Assembly: GCA_003971905.1 (NCBI GenBank)
Contig: RSEE01000028.1
Span: 62,001-126,000 of the forward strand
Direction: 5' to 3'
Length of the DNA stretch: 64,000 nucleotides
Source of the DNA: Moniliella sp. 'wahieum'
Taxonomy: Eukaryota
Both the position numbers and the translations under genes were made by a program. The notes beneath the pieces were generated by a model. That model had not been told where the DNA came from, did not search any database, and saw nothing but the letters and a program-made list of their open reading frames with translations. Shown piece after piece: positions 39,179 to 52,149 of this stretch (positions are counted from its first letter, which is position 1; each line of letters opens with the position of its first letter).

Positions 39179-40537
39179 ATGGCAACCCCCTACAACTGGC
39201 GACACCTTCCGCCCGCTGCTCAAGCAGCTCGCCCTGAGCTTTGATCTGGCCCGCGTCCTCCCCCCCCGCCCGCCCAGGCCGGGGTCAAGAACCCCGCGTC
39301 GCGCGACCGTCGGCCCGGCCCTCCGCTGGACGAAGCGCAGCTGCTCTCCCTCTTCCAGCACCTTGCCCATCGCGACTTCTCCAGCAACCCAGACAACTAT
39401 GCCCAGATCGGATCCATGCTCACCGCGCTGCGCATGACGGGCCTGGACCGCGACCCCAAGGTGCTCAGTATTGCCGCCCAGTCTTTCTCGAGGCCGCCAC
39501 GCCCGTTGCCGTCACGCAGCAGCCCAGGGCCCCGATGGAGTGTACCATGGCCTGGTCGACATTGTCGGGACCGGAGCGACGGTCAAGACACCTAATGTCT
39601 CCACTACCGCCGCCATCTTGCAGCGGGCGTGCCAGGGGTCCACGTATGCAAGGTCCGTCCCTCTAACCCTCCCCCCGGCGCGATAGGACCCGCATACTGA
39701 CGTTGGATGCGCTTAGCATGGCGCAGGCTCTTCTTCAACATCCGGTTGGTCGACTTGCTGATCGGGCTGGTGTGCCCTTGCCCGAGGTGCCGGCTGCGGC
39801 GCTGGCCGGCATGGTGGACCAGTCGCCTTTGCCTTCCTTTTTGCCCAACACTTCCACCCGGCCCTGGGCGCCGATCGGTCCGCTTCGCAAATCCCTTGGT
39901 TTCCCAACATCTCAACATCCTCGGCCCGCTCATCAACCCGGCCCGGCCGAATCGGAGTGTGATGGGGGTGCAGCATACGCAGTGGCACCATTACGCCGAG
40001 GCGCTCCGCGCGGGGCCATGTGAACGAGCGTGGGTCGTGTGGGGCAGGAAGGCCTGGACGAGATTAGTCTCGAGGGCGACACGGAGGTGAGCTCACCCCG
40101 CAGGGCGAAATTCACCAGTTTTACCGTCAATCCCGAGCGCGACTTGGTCTGCCGTCTACCCACTCAGTGCGGTGCGCAGCTACACGTCCAGGAGAACGCA
40201 TCGATTTTGTCTCCGCATCATCCAGTCGGACTACGATTCGCTTCCCTCTGAGCCTCTGTCGGAAGCTACGCCGTTGTACCCCCACGAATTCCTGCCAACT
40301 CGCGCCCGGAGGACTTCCCCCCCATCCAGCTGGAACGCATCTCAAGGCGTTGGCAACGTACAACTCTACTGCAGGCGTCGGCCGTGCTGTACGTGACGAG
40401 CAAGGCTGCGAGTCTGAAGGAGGCCGTTGAATTGGCCAAGGAAAGTGCTCGGACAGGCGAGCCGTTGCCGCTCTAGATACTTTCCGCGCGCTGGCACTGC
40501 AAGCGGTGGCCAAGTAGCGCAGACAAAGACTGGATAA
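39179..40537 (+). CDS. TRP4: Anthranilate phosphoribosyltransferase (frameshifts, intron at about 39653-39717)
   Basis: Across frames: QIGSMLTAL, LVDIVGTG, LRKSLGFPT, NILGPLINPARP and VVWGQEGLDEISLEG. Confidence 0.9.
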
Positions 40538-40958
40538 TCCATGCATGTATCCCTCGTATTGAACTGCCCAAGTAGCCACAAAAGATGGTAGAATCGGAAA
40601 TGCGTTTATTGAGCACGTCTCGATGGGCTCAGCCGACGGAGACTCCAAACACGAGTACCAAGGGTGGGCTGGCCGTCGGGTACGGTGGTGACGGTGGTTT
40701 CACTTGCTGGTCAGTGCATCAGCTACGAGTGTGGAGTACGTCAGTGGCAAATAATGCAAGGGTCTCCAATTCATCTCTAAAACAAAACAAATGTGCCCGA
40801 ACCTACGCAACGTGCGGAAGTAACCCTAGTAAAATGCGGCTGGAAATGCCGCAGCAGGTGCCGCGCGGTCGACATGCGGTGGTCGTAGTGCGGTTCTGCT
40901 ACTCCCCCCCACCCACCAAGTTTTCGCATTCGCCTCCTTGGTCACCGCTGATTCCCCA

Positions 40959-41377
40959 ATGAGTTACGTCGCCAAGGCCCTAAGGCGATGCCCGCCGCAG
41001 CCCAGACGCACAAGATCGCATTACGCTGACCAGCCGCAACCTGAAGAACCTCGAGAAGGGTATCATACGTTCCCCTCGCGCGAGTCGGACTAGGCTAACA
41101 TGGTGTGTGTCGTCTGTTAGTTTGCACGGACTCGTCACGCGCTCCAAGGACAAGGGCCTGCGCGTCAAGGGCCCCGTCCGCCTGCCGACCAAGGTGCTTT
41201 CGCACGTTGTGCGCAAGTCGCCCTGCGGTGAGGGTCCAAGACCTGGGACCACTTTGAGATGAAGATCCACAAGCGCCTGATTGACTTCCAGGGCACTTCG
41301 GAGGACGTGCGTCTCATCACCACCGCTTCAACTTGGAGCCCGGGGTTGAGGTTGAGGTTACCATCATTGACGCCTAA
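40959..41377 (+). CDS. RPS20: 40S ribosomal protein S20 (uS10), intron 41060-41120
   Basis: [45 protein letters not shown] and GVEVEVTI. Single-base deletions break the frame. Confidence 0.95.
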
Positions 41378-43101
41378 AGCTCGATGGCCACTTACGTATG
41401 CCACCCCCCAACGGCTACTGTGACTCTGCCCCCAGTCGACCTTTTGGCTGTTGGCGGTACCCTGGTATATCAAGGTATCAAGCACGCTCCCAAAATGCAC
41501 CGATGGGTTGATGATTGACGTTGTTGGCTGGGACTGCTAGTATTGTAGGCTGTGGAGTTGAGATGGATTGGGTGCCTCTCTGAAGGGCGGGTGGCGCAAC
41601 GGTCGTTGGTCGTTGCGTGTGGCGAATGTAAGCTTGGGGGTATTGCGCACACTTGCCCCCATCACGTCATAAGACGCAAGGCCCTAAGCCCTGAGGTTAT
41701 CGTGGCTAGAAAGCGATGTCCTGAGGCGTACAGTCGTAATAGAACCGACAGGTGGGGCTGGCGGACTGCTGGCGCCTCCTAGTGGGGACGGAAGGCGTTG
41801 CGCGAAGGCAACAGAAGGACTAATCAAAAGGCCTCAGGCGTAGCGGCTAAGCGCTACAGCGCTAACGGCCTTGGGGCGACACCCTGCAAGGCATCGTGAA
41901 TACGTGATGGGTGATGTGCTCGTGACGGGTGAGCATTTGACGACAATGGAGTCCTAACCCTAGTAGAGCGCAACCAGCCTCAGGGCTTCTGAAATTAAAC
42001 TGTAAGCTACCGAGGCGGGAAGACGCGGCGTACGCAGGAACCGGCAGGAACCTGCAGGAACCGGCGCCCTCAGCTTTGGCTGGCCCGATGGCCAGCCCCC
42101 CGATCCCAGACAGCGAGCACTCAACCACACACGCTTGGCTGGCGCCCTGCCAACTGCCGCATCCGTTCGCTCGTATCGATCTTCGTCAGTGTCATGCAAT
42201 GCATCATGCAACAGCCATCCTGCAGCCAGTGTGACATTCTGACGTCACACGCTGCACACAGCCACAGCGCAGCCATAGTCACTAGGTGGGTGGCTGTGGG
42301 TGCCATGTGGAGGGCCGGTGTGACATGTGATCTGTGCGACGGGGCTGGCCAGGGAGCGCATAGCATTGGACATGGCGCCTGGGGCCGGGGGGGTGTTCGT
42401 CATTTCCTCCCGCAGTGGCAAGCAGGCGCCAGCAGATGCTGCTGCGGCGTGCTGCGGCGTGCTGTGCTGTGGTCGAACTGGGAGGGATTGTCGATTGTCG
42501 GTTGCCGATCATCGAATCAATCATTGATCGTTCAGAGCACAGTGCGCCAATGGCTCGCGCGAATGCCTCGGCCGAGCACTGTTGGTGGCCCAGGGCATAG
42601 ATCCTGCCCCATCCCCCCATTCAGCAGCTGGTACTTCTCCCTCCTCCCGCTAGTCACGCTACCTACCTCCGTAACGTGTACCTGTGCACGCGTGCACGAG
42701 CCACGCCCTCGTCGCTTGTGCGTGACCAACGCAGGCGTCCGCAACAGGGCACACTACAACCGCCTCCTCCCCCTCGCCCACCCATCCGCGCCACACTAGC
42801 CCAGTCTAGTCCACCAGCCCCTCGCGCCTGGGCACCACGCAGCAGTCTCGTGCGCCCTCCCGCCCCTCGAACGGCTTCTGCTACCGACCATCGGTGGCGC
42901 CCACGTGGACATCACCCCCTGGCCCACCCCCGTTCCTTCCCGTCCCCGCCTCGCAGCAGCCGCATCCGGCGCACGGCCGCCACCGTGGGGCATAAAAAGG
43001 CCGCTTCTCTCCGCCACCGGCGTTGCTTTCCCTTCCCCCCACCTACCTTTCTCACTTTCTTCCCACCCCCTTCCCCTTTATCCACTCTTATCTCTTTCGC
43101 A

Positions 43102-43489
43102 ATGGGTTTCTTCGGCGAGGACCACTACGACACTGTCAACAACTACGACGGCTCGGACGACCACCGCGCCAAGCTCTCGCACGAGGTGCTCGGTGGCGCC
43201 GCTGCCTTTGCCGCTGCCAAGGGTACGTTGCTGTCCTCTTGTCTGCTTTACGTTTGTCTCGACGGCCGAGCGAAGCTAACTGTTATACACTTTCCCATCA
43301 GCCTACGAGGACCACCGCGCCAAGGAAGGTGAGCCCGAGAACCACGCCCGCGCCAAGGAGATTCTCGCTGGTCTCGCTGGCGCCGCTGTGGACCGGCGCG
43401 CGGAGACCAAGGGCATTGACTTTGTCGACCGTGAGCGTGCCAAGCGCGAGGCGGAGAACCAGTCGTTCCAGCAGTTCGGCTACAACTAA
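43102..43489 (+). CDS. CipC-like (DUF3759) small protein, intron 43223-43301
   Basis: HRAKLSHEVLGGAAAFAAAK|AYEDH...HARAKEILAGLAGAAVDRRAETKGIDFVDRERAKREA. The spliced ORF is clean, with a TATA-like CATAAAAAG at 42991. Confidence 0.9.
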
Positions 43490-44314
43490 ATAAGTGGTTG
43501 CATGCTCGTGTTTGGCCGGCCTAAGTGGCGAATGTGGATTCTGTCGACACGTGTCTATCTTTCGGTGTCTGTAGCCGTGCTGCCCATTCGGCTGGCTGAT
43601 ACGGATGAGTGATGGGCGCTGGTGATGCGTTGATATTGATAGAGCTCGCGCTGCCTCGTCTTGCATAGGAATAGACTGCAGTGCTTCTCCACGCTGGATT
43701 TGCCCCGCACGCCACGACGTGTGTCGGTGTTTATTCCGCCCCGTCGTAGTTGATAATCCGCCCAGCGCCAGTTTGTGATGAGCCGCCGGTGCACAGGCCA
43801 CTCGTTCGCCCTTTCGGGGGCCAACAACGGTGCTTGCGGCATTCCCACCACCCCGCCTGGACCAGAACCGAGCTAGCCGACCGCTTCTCCTACCTCCGCC
43901 CTCTCCCAGGAAAATGGGCATGCGCTGCTGACCAACCCATCAGCCGAGACTCGGACGGGGGACGATGCGCCCTTCGCGCCCGCGCCAGCCTGACCGCTGA
44001 GCCGATGAGGGCAAGGCATGCAACGCGCGATCCAGCATCGGATAGGCCCCCACCCCAGCCGCCACACGCGAGGAGAGTGGCTACGTCGAATCTGTACCTG
44101 GTGCAACTAGTCGTGGTGAGGCTGACCAGGACCCTGCCAGCCCGCCTGCGTCGGGTCCTCCATCTCCTTCGCCGCAACACAATGTGCTGCAGGCGCTGCA
44201 GGATATGCCAACCGATCCGGTACGGTATGGGTACTGGCACTCCCTTCCCTCCCCCGCCCCGTCTGCGTAGCGGCACTTGAGGCACACGCATCACACCGTG
44301 TCTCTCCGTAGTTC

Positions 44315-45130
44315 ATGGATCCCGGGACGGCGCCCTACTTTGGCACCAAGGCATCCGGCTCGAGGGCGTGGACAATGTGCACACCAGTATCCTCGTCTCG
44401 GTCTTGTGGCTGTATTTGGGCCGGCGAGTTGGACGCTCCTATGGTCCGCTGGGTGTACGCGGACCGAATGGGCCATGTGCGTCCTGGTCAACCGGCCACG
44501 TTGCGCGGGCTGAGCGCGGACGGAGCTGACGGAGCTGATGGAACCCATCGCGCTGGACCTGAGTGCGTTGGGCACGTTCCGTTCTACCCACGCGCGTCTC
44601 GAGCCTTCGCGGCAGCCTGGGGCAGGCAAGCAAGATATGGAGGTTGTGTGGGAGTGCTGTCCCAAGGGAGGCCACGTTCTCATGACCTCCACTCGTCTGG
44701 GCAACAACGGGGACAAGTCGGTCTCGTTCGAGGTCATGCGCTCACGTGTTGGGCGGCGCCGAGATGTGCAAGCGTCGGCCACGTCGGGAACCAAAACACG
44801 GAGGGCGTTCCCCTGCTTCTGTCCACGCCCTTGCTGGCATCGCCCATCTTTCGCACCTCCGTGTCCGCCGGCACGGTCGACCGCGACTGCACCGCCTGGT
44901 CCAACGTGTAGGAAGCCGTGCGTGGGGTTGGGAGCGCGATCCAAGTCACGCCCGGTCCCGGCACGCCGCACCACCTGGCGGCGGAGATTTCGTATCGCCA
45001 TGTGGGCTGCGCCCCAGCTGCGGGCCGTCTGGCGATGCGCACCTTGATGGGCGATACGATCAAGGCGTGTCTGGCCCATACTTGGGTCTGGGATACATCT
45101 GACCACGCCCTGCTCGCGTCCGCGGGGTGA
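44315..45130 (+). CDS. Hypothetical protein, possibly hot-dog-fold thioesterase-like
   Basis: VRWVYADRMGH loosely resembles the 4HBT D-x-x-G-H motif, and AEISYR occurs near the C-terminus. A probable intron lies at about 44477-44534. Fragmented. Confidence 0.3.
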
Positions 45131-46728
45131 AGCGGTCTTCTGGGGCAGGAACTGGCCCGCGCCGGCGACAGTACGTCGCACTGCAAACGTAAGGCGGAAG
45201 CCAAAGTGGCTCGTGCTCTCGGCGCCTTCCTCCCCGGTAGGGGCCAGGGGTGGGGAGCGTCGCTGTCCGGTTCGGCTGACTGTTGCGGTTGCGCCGGGTC
45301 GACGGACAAACCAGCTGCCTTAGCGACCGCTTCCCCCTCGGAGGACCGACGACGATGCGGACGGTGCGTCAAAATGCGCTGGGGCCCAAGGGGATCATCG
45401 ATCATCCATCATTCTACAACCCCCAGCGCGCGGCGATGCGCGCGGTGACGATGCGTACTGCTGTCTCGGTGCGAGCGTGGTTGTGCCGTTTATCCAGTGC
45501 GAGTGGGGCGACGGTACGTGGCATGCGTTTCTCAATGCAGGCCAGGTGGCGTTGCTGGGCCAAGGAAGCCCCTGAAACCCCTTATTCTGCCTCGTCGCGC
45601 GGGGACCTTGCCGACGTCCCTCCGCCCCAGGGGACGATGCACGACGCGTGACGACAATTGTCTTTGCCCACGGTGACCGTAGGGGTGGGACTGGTGTGCA
45701 CGTAAGGCGTCCTGCGTGCCGAGCTGAATGCCGGTGGGGCTCCGCTGGCCCGTTGCCGGTCGGATGGGACGCGCAAAGGTCTTCAACTCGGGGTAGGCGT
45801 ATCGGTTTGTAAGAATGTCACCGAGCTATCTACCAGCCATGCGACCCCTGTGGGCAGCGCAACGACCTGCGTGGCGTGTGGGCTCGCACGTAGAATGGAA
45901 GCGTGCTTTCGGTTGTGGGCTAGTGTCCGGTCCATTGTCACGGTCCGAGATATCTAGGGACTGAGTGCCTCCCAGGACACTCGGTGAATAGAGAGGGAAT
46001 GGAGAATGACGGGGTGCGATACACAGGTACAGACAAGAAGATCCCAACGACAAGGAGCTGGCGGTCCAATCGAGCTCATGCAGGCAGGCTGTTGGGCAAA
46101 GGGAAATCCGACTGGAAAGTAATCCAGGTAGGGGAACGGGGGGTGCGCTTCTACCTAGGTCCCGGAAAGCTCTCGCCAACGGGCGTCTGATCTATTGAGC
46201 TTGATGGTTCAACGTCGTTTTGGTCTCCTTTAAGTTCCTTTGACCGGGAAGGGTTTCCCTGTGTCCACCACTAGTGGTCCAGAGAGCCCATCGGCCTTCT
46301 GTGACACGTTTCCGATCCACACGTGCAGCGGGGGCACTACGTCCCGGGCCTTCCACGACTTTCCACTGCCCCCCCCCCACCGAGCTCGGAGCCCATCCCG
46401 GCCCATAGGTCTAGTTCTCATTAGTAACATTGGAATACCTGATGTCCCTTCCTCATCGGCAGCATCACTAGTAGCGACATCCTCTGCCCATGTCTCCGGT
46501 TGCTTGTGGTTGGAGCAACAAACTCCTCTTACCACACCACACTTTCTGGATGACCTCTTCCTGCAGGCTGCTTCAAGTACAGTGCTGGTGGACAAGCAAC
46601 TATAGTAAAAGAGGAGGGTCTGGGGCCGATCCCCCGCGTTTTTTTGGCGCCACCCGCAGTGGCAAATATCAGATGTTGATGCTGAGCCTCAGCTCGTCGG
46701 TGTGGGATTATCGATTACGGCCATGGAC

Positions 46729-46784
46729 GGTAAGCGGTAAGCGGTAACGGGTAACGGGTAACGGGTAACCCGTAACGGGTAAGC
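46729..46784 (+). repeat. Heptamer array (GGTAA[G/C][C/G]), 8 copies
   Basis: GGTAAGC x2, GGTAACG x3, GGTAACC, CGTAACG, GGTAAGC. Confidence 0.95.
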
Positions 46785-47993
46785 TGCCACCCGAGCGTCC
46801 AGCGTATGTAGTAGCAGCGGGCCAAAAAAATCGAGTGCCAGGCAACCCCCTTCGTTTTGCAAGCCGAGTCGACGAGATTCTAGAGCCACTCTGTGGAGCC
46901 GCGGGCCGACCGGCAGAAGGCGGAATGGGCATAGCGCATTCCGCTGCGCGAGGAGCTGGCAGGGGCAGGTGCTCGCGGACCTGCGCTGTGGGCGGCACCA
47001 GCGCGGTTGGGCGGCGCGTCTGGCCGGCGAGGCCGAGCCTCTGCGCGACACGGGCCACGTGCCGGCAGCTGCCGGGCTGGCCGCGCCGGTACAACCCCCC
47101 AACGCACCCGCGTCGACGTCACAGTCATCCGTCCATCCGAGCCCATCTCACCCGTCCGTCTTGGCGTTTGCAGTTGCAGCCCCCCCGCGCTGGCGCCGTG
47201 CGCGCCGGCCGGCCGTCACCGGTGATCTGCGGCTAGGGCCTGGGTGCCTGCCTGGGACACGGACGCGTGACGCGTGACGCGCACAACCGGAGAATGCGCG
47301 CGCAGACAGGCAGGCTGGCGCCGTGCGGCGCCAGGGGACGGGGTGCCAGAGCCCGGCCGAGGGGGCGCCATGCGGCACGGGCGCAGTGTGGCGGTGGGCT
47401 GGCGCACATTTTTGGTCTCGCAATTTGCGGCGGCGGGAGGGAAAGAAACAATGCGGCATGCGGCGCTGGGGCAGTGTGCGCCGGCGGCGGCGCCGGACAC
47501 AGGCGTGCGGGGGCGGCCCGCGCGGCCGGGGGCAGGCGCTGGCGCGGAGAGCTCAGTATGCAGTATGCAGTAGCTCAGTCTTGCGGAGGCGCAGCGCTGA
47601 GGCGCAGAAAAAAAGACGCGCTTAAGTGCACCCACCATCACCCATCACGCATCGCGGGTTATGGTTGAGTTGCATGTTCGAAGCGCAGCCCCACACCGCC
47701 TGGTGCAGCGCTGGGATCGGCGCCCATACGCAGCTGCCCCTCTGGCCCTAGTCACTAGCCACCGCCCCTCCTTCCCTCCTGCGCGCCTCCGTCCACACCA
47801 CCACCACCCCTCCACCACCACCACCACCATGGTGCTCTCCCTCGTCTCCCCCACCTGCGCCCGCGCCAGCGACGCACCCAATCCTGGTCCGCCAGCCTCG
47901 CCATCCCACTCTCCTTTGACGTCGCCCCCGTTCCGCGCCAGCCGCCACTCATCCCCCAGTCCGACTCGGGCGCAGACGACGACGACGACGACG

Positions 47994-49772
47994 ATGGCGC
48001 ACGCAGTGATTCCACCCTGGTCGCCTATGCGTCTGCTGCCTCCTCCCACTCGCCCTCGTCCTCCTCCTGGTGGCCCTTCCACATCCAGCGCCGCAGCTTC
48101 ACTACGGGTACTACGCCTCCCCCCGACCCCCGATCCCTTTACCCACTCTTCCTCCCCCTCCTCTGCCCCCCTCCTCTGCTTCGTCTCATGGCGATCCCGA
48201 AAAACAACAGATGTACCTCCGGCCTCGGGGCCATGGCTCAGCCTCCCCACGTCCCGCTACCGCCGCCGCCGCCGCCTGCGCGCCGCTTGCATCTTCGCCT
48301 CAACCAGCGCTGGCTTGCTGCCGTTCTCATCACGTTGGTAATGAGCGCTGGTGGTGTGTGCTGCTTCTGTTCGAAGTGGTGCAGCCACCACCGTACAACA
48401 TTGTTCGTTCACGCGACTACGCCACTGTGCTGTCCAAGTTTGTTGTCGAGCAGAATCTCGTCCCGCTCGAAGGGGCGCGCCCCATCCTGCCTGGTCCAAC
48501 GCCATTGCTGAGCAGCTCTCCCGACTGGACGCCCGACGCGCGAGCGTGCCGAGACACTTGGTTGTTCCACCAAGCACCGCTCCAAACTGCTCAAGGTGCC
48601 CAACGATGCCGCCGCGCCCCAGCGTCCATCCCCGGGATCCTATTTAGCTCGGACCATGATGCGCCGCCGCCCGAGGAACTGGCCAAGTGGAAACAAGATT
48701 GGGCCCAATTAGGCTTTGATCCTCAGTTCCTTGATGAAGATGCTGCGGATGCATTTGTCGATGAGCACTTTGCTCTGGCGGAGCAAGACGAGCCATCGGA
48801 TACCGAGCTGATGCCTGGCCGTAACAAACCGACAGCCAACCCTTGAGCGAGACGCAGCATGCGTGGCGTGCGCTTCCCGCGGCGTGCTGCGCGCCGACTT
48901 TTGCGCTACATTCTTCTCCTCGTGCAAGGCGGCTCGTGGGCTGACATGGACGTGACTCCGCTCGCACCGCGCTCCACTTGGACTGTGGCCAAAGCGCGCT
49001 GGGTGCCCGTGGCGGACAGGCCAGTGAAGCGCACCCATTCCAACGCTTCCTGTCCGCTGCCTGGCACGGCTCCCGTTCCTCCCCAGGAACCGATTCGGCT
49101 GGTCGTGGATTGGAGTGTGAGCCGTGGGAGTACATGAGCCACAGTGCTCGTGCCTGGCTGGAAACGGCCCACATCCTGCCCATGAACCGGCACCGGGAAG
49201 TCCAGTTTACCCAGTGGGCGCTGCACGGCAGCGCAGGCATCCTATTTTGGTGGACGTGCTCCGTCGTCTGTTATTGGCAGACAACTGTATGATGCGTACC
49301 AAGTTCGCTCCGTATCCAGCCCCTTGTATGAGATGACGACCGATGGTGCGCCCATTGCGCCGGTACGCACGCGCCACCCCTGGACCGACATCCAGGCCGC
49401 GCGCAATGGTTGCGCCTGCACCCCACTAACCCGCCGCGGGAAGAGAGCAAGTGGACGACGAGTTGTCGCCTTGGCTTCGCTGGCCCATCTGGCCATGGAT
49501 GTGGTCCTGGCCACGATGGGGGTGGCACGAGTTGAGTGTGGAAGAGTGGACGGGCCCGGCACTTTGGACGACGCTGTGTTTAGCTACTTGTATGCGGTGG
49601 CGGGCGTACGACCTCGGGACCTGTACGTCTCTCGCAGCCGGTCCAAGTCGCCGACGTATAATCGCCCCGAGCAGGTTCAACCCGCCGCACCTCGCATGAA
49701 CATTCTAAGGTGTTCCACAACTTTCGTGGGTCGTGGAAGCACGGGGCGGATACGGTGGCACCCAAACTATAG
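47994..49772 (+). CDS. Glycosyltransferase family 32 alpha-mannosyltransferase (Och1/Hoc1-like)
   Basis: Type II transmembrane segment, then LRYILLLVQGGSWADMDV (DxD), VQFTQW, HPILVDVL, EWTGPG and C-terminal VFHNFRGSWK. The start is uncertain. Confidence 0.85.
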
Positions 49773-49867
49773 CCCCCCCCCCCCCCCCCCCTGTGCTTGT
49801 TGCGCCCTTGTTGAAATTCCGGACCGAGCCGGGGTTCCGATATGATTCCCTCTCGGAGCGATGCCTG

Positions 49868-49896
49868 TCCTTTCCTTTCCTTTCCTTTCCTTTCCT
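49868..49896 (+). repeat. (CCTTT)n microsatellite
   Basis: About 5 copies, directly visible. Confidence 0.9.
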
Positions 49897-51483
49897 GCGG
49901 TCCATTCCACCCTTGCTGCACGCCCTGTTTTCTTATCCCACAACCACCCTGCGTTCCTTTCTCGCATCTTCCATTCGTGCCTCATGTTTTTTTTGCGCCT
50001 CCCAAAATCATCAAGCGTGTATCGCCATACCACTCCATCCCCACCCCCCATGTCGCTGTTGGCCTAAGGCCTAACCCTTCAAACCTGGCTCCTCGACAGA
50101 TTCCCTATGAGATCTGGACACCCTTCGCGTGATTTGCACATTTTCGTCCGGCGTGTGGCGCCCGCGTAGCGCCCGTTGTTTCATGCCCAACGTCCAACAG
50201 CCGTGGGCGCAATTTGCAACATGACATGTGACATGTGATATGACAATCGCATCATGAATCCATGCATAATCGATTCTCTTTGTCTTTCTGCCTGCCCCTC
50301 CCCGCCTTCTGGCCATAACCCGCATGACCTGGCGACCGACGTCCACGGCCCAGCACACTACTATGCCTGTCAAGTTGAGCCCAGGCGGGGGATGAAGGCA
50401 GTCCCGGGTCCTAAGGCCCCAGACAGACAGGTGTTTTGCTTTTCCCCCAGGCGTGACCGCACGCGTCACGCCCACGCGCCTCACGTGACGGGGTGTGGAC
50501 CAGTAACCAAATATGCCAAGCAATTGAAACCAATTGCAGCGAAAGCAGCTGCGTGGGATGCTCGAGCGGAACTGACGGCGGAAAAGTGCCGGTGGAGGAG
50601 AAGGAAAAAGGAGGTTTTAAAGGCCGGCGCCAGCGCTGCGTTTGCTTTTCTTTTTGCCCACCACCCCTGTACTCGGTATGTCTCCCCCCCAGGCCTCCCG
50701 GCGATGATTACAACATTATCCACACTGTTTGATCCCTTTGGGGACGTGATTGACGACTACTACAACGGTAGATGAGCCGCCATCAAGCATTGGACGAGTT
50801 CTACCTCGAAGCGAGCAATGTGCTGACTTGCTTTCCTGCTTTCCAGACTCGGTTCTGTCCTCAGCGCTGTCTCCCACCAAGCTACGCCCATCGCAATGAA
50901 CAGACAATGTACCAGTGTGACAGCTTGATCTGAAATAGAACCGAAGGCACGGAAGGGGGAGTTGGGGGAATGTGAGACGAATTAAAGCAAGGGGTGAAGA
51001 CAATGACTACTGTCCCTGTAACGATCCTGATTGCTTGCTATGGGAGGCCCTAGCAGACCTTAGCTGTGACGCTCTTAAAGCGGCCCCTGGGCATGTTGCA
51101 GTTGATGAAACAATGGCATGTCATGATGACAGGCCGCCAAGGTGTATCAATTATGGACCCTAGCCAAGGGGCAGCCACAGGCCAATCCTGGTAGGCAGTG
51201 TAAAGTAGACGCTCGTACATGTCGATAGGTTAGGATCGAGCATATCTTGCGGTTGGTCAAGGTTCAAGCCCGTCCTAGCGTTTGACAGCCACATTGGCGG
51301 AATGGTCCAAGTAACAATCGAGCAAGCCACTGGGAAGTCGGGGTATCAGGCATGCTCCTGTACGGGTCAGGCTCGGCGTTTACGGAAAGGTAGATCAATG
51401 TTCCAAACTCACATACCATCCAGCCGATCTTGCACATTGAAGATGGGATTTGGAACCAGAGGGGGGGGTATCCGCCACACGCG

Positions 51484-52100
51484 TCAGGGCGATACGACGA
51501 TTTGGTCAGGATCCACCCGGAAAAGCTCGCTGGGCCCAACGATGGAGAGCGCATGCTGGGGTTGGTGGGGAAAGAGACCTCGAAGCAGAGCGGGGTATAT
51601 GCGTTGAATCAGGGGGATTCTGGGGCGGGTGGAGGGGAAGAGACGATGAGCTGCTGGCCATGCTTGGGCACCACCGCCACATCCGTCCCGATTCGGTACG
51701 TCTGGATCGACTCGTGCACCACCAGGTCCGCCACGTCCCACAGCGGAATCAAACGCCGGTTCGTCCCCGTCACCACCAACGTACCTGTTTCGGCAGCCCA
51801 GGGCGCAGGAAACCCACGAATCGTGGTCAGCTGCAGTCCTACCCCGGGGATTGCTTGCACCGTTTCGCGCTGAACCGCAACCGCCTTGACGAACAGGTAG
51901 GTCCCAATGATGAAACCAGCCACAATCACCGCATACGTAAAAGGAGCCGGCGCCAAAACAAGTAGATGGGACACAATTCCCCCAAGCACGAATCCAGCTA
52001 CTAAATTCGTTGGGTTCCAGGACGGCCCGTGCATGTCCAAGCTTACTGTGACGCTGCCATCGGGAGCATCGCTAATATGCAACAGGCCCAGCTGTGCTTG
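51484..52100 (-). CDS. GPI15: GPI-GlcNAc transferase subunit PIG-H/Gpi15
   Basis: Two transmembrane segments, then VQRETVQAIPGVGLQLTT, RRLIPLWDVADLVVHESI and, after a frameshift, LFPSTRPRIPLIQRIY. Confidence 0.8.
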
Positions 52101-52149
52101 TGCGGACTGGGTTATCTTGCCGGAAGGCGAGGGGCGGCCCAAAAACCGG

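Noticed and set aside
41953..41962. CCTAACCCTA as a telomerase RNA template
   Set aside because: A 10-nt match to the telomeric repeat is roughly expected by chance in 64 kb, and I saw no supporting RNA structure.
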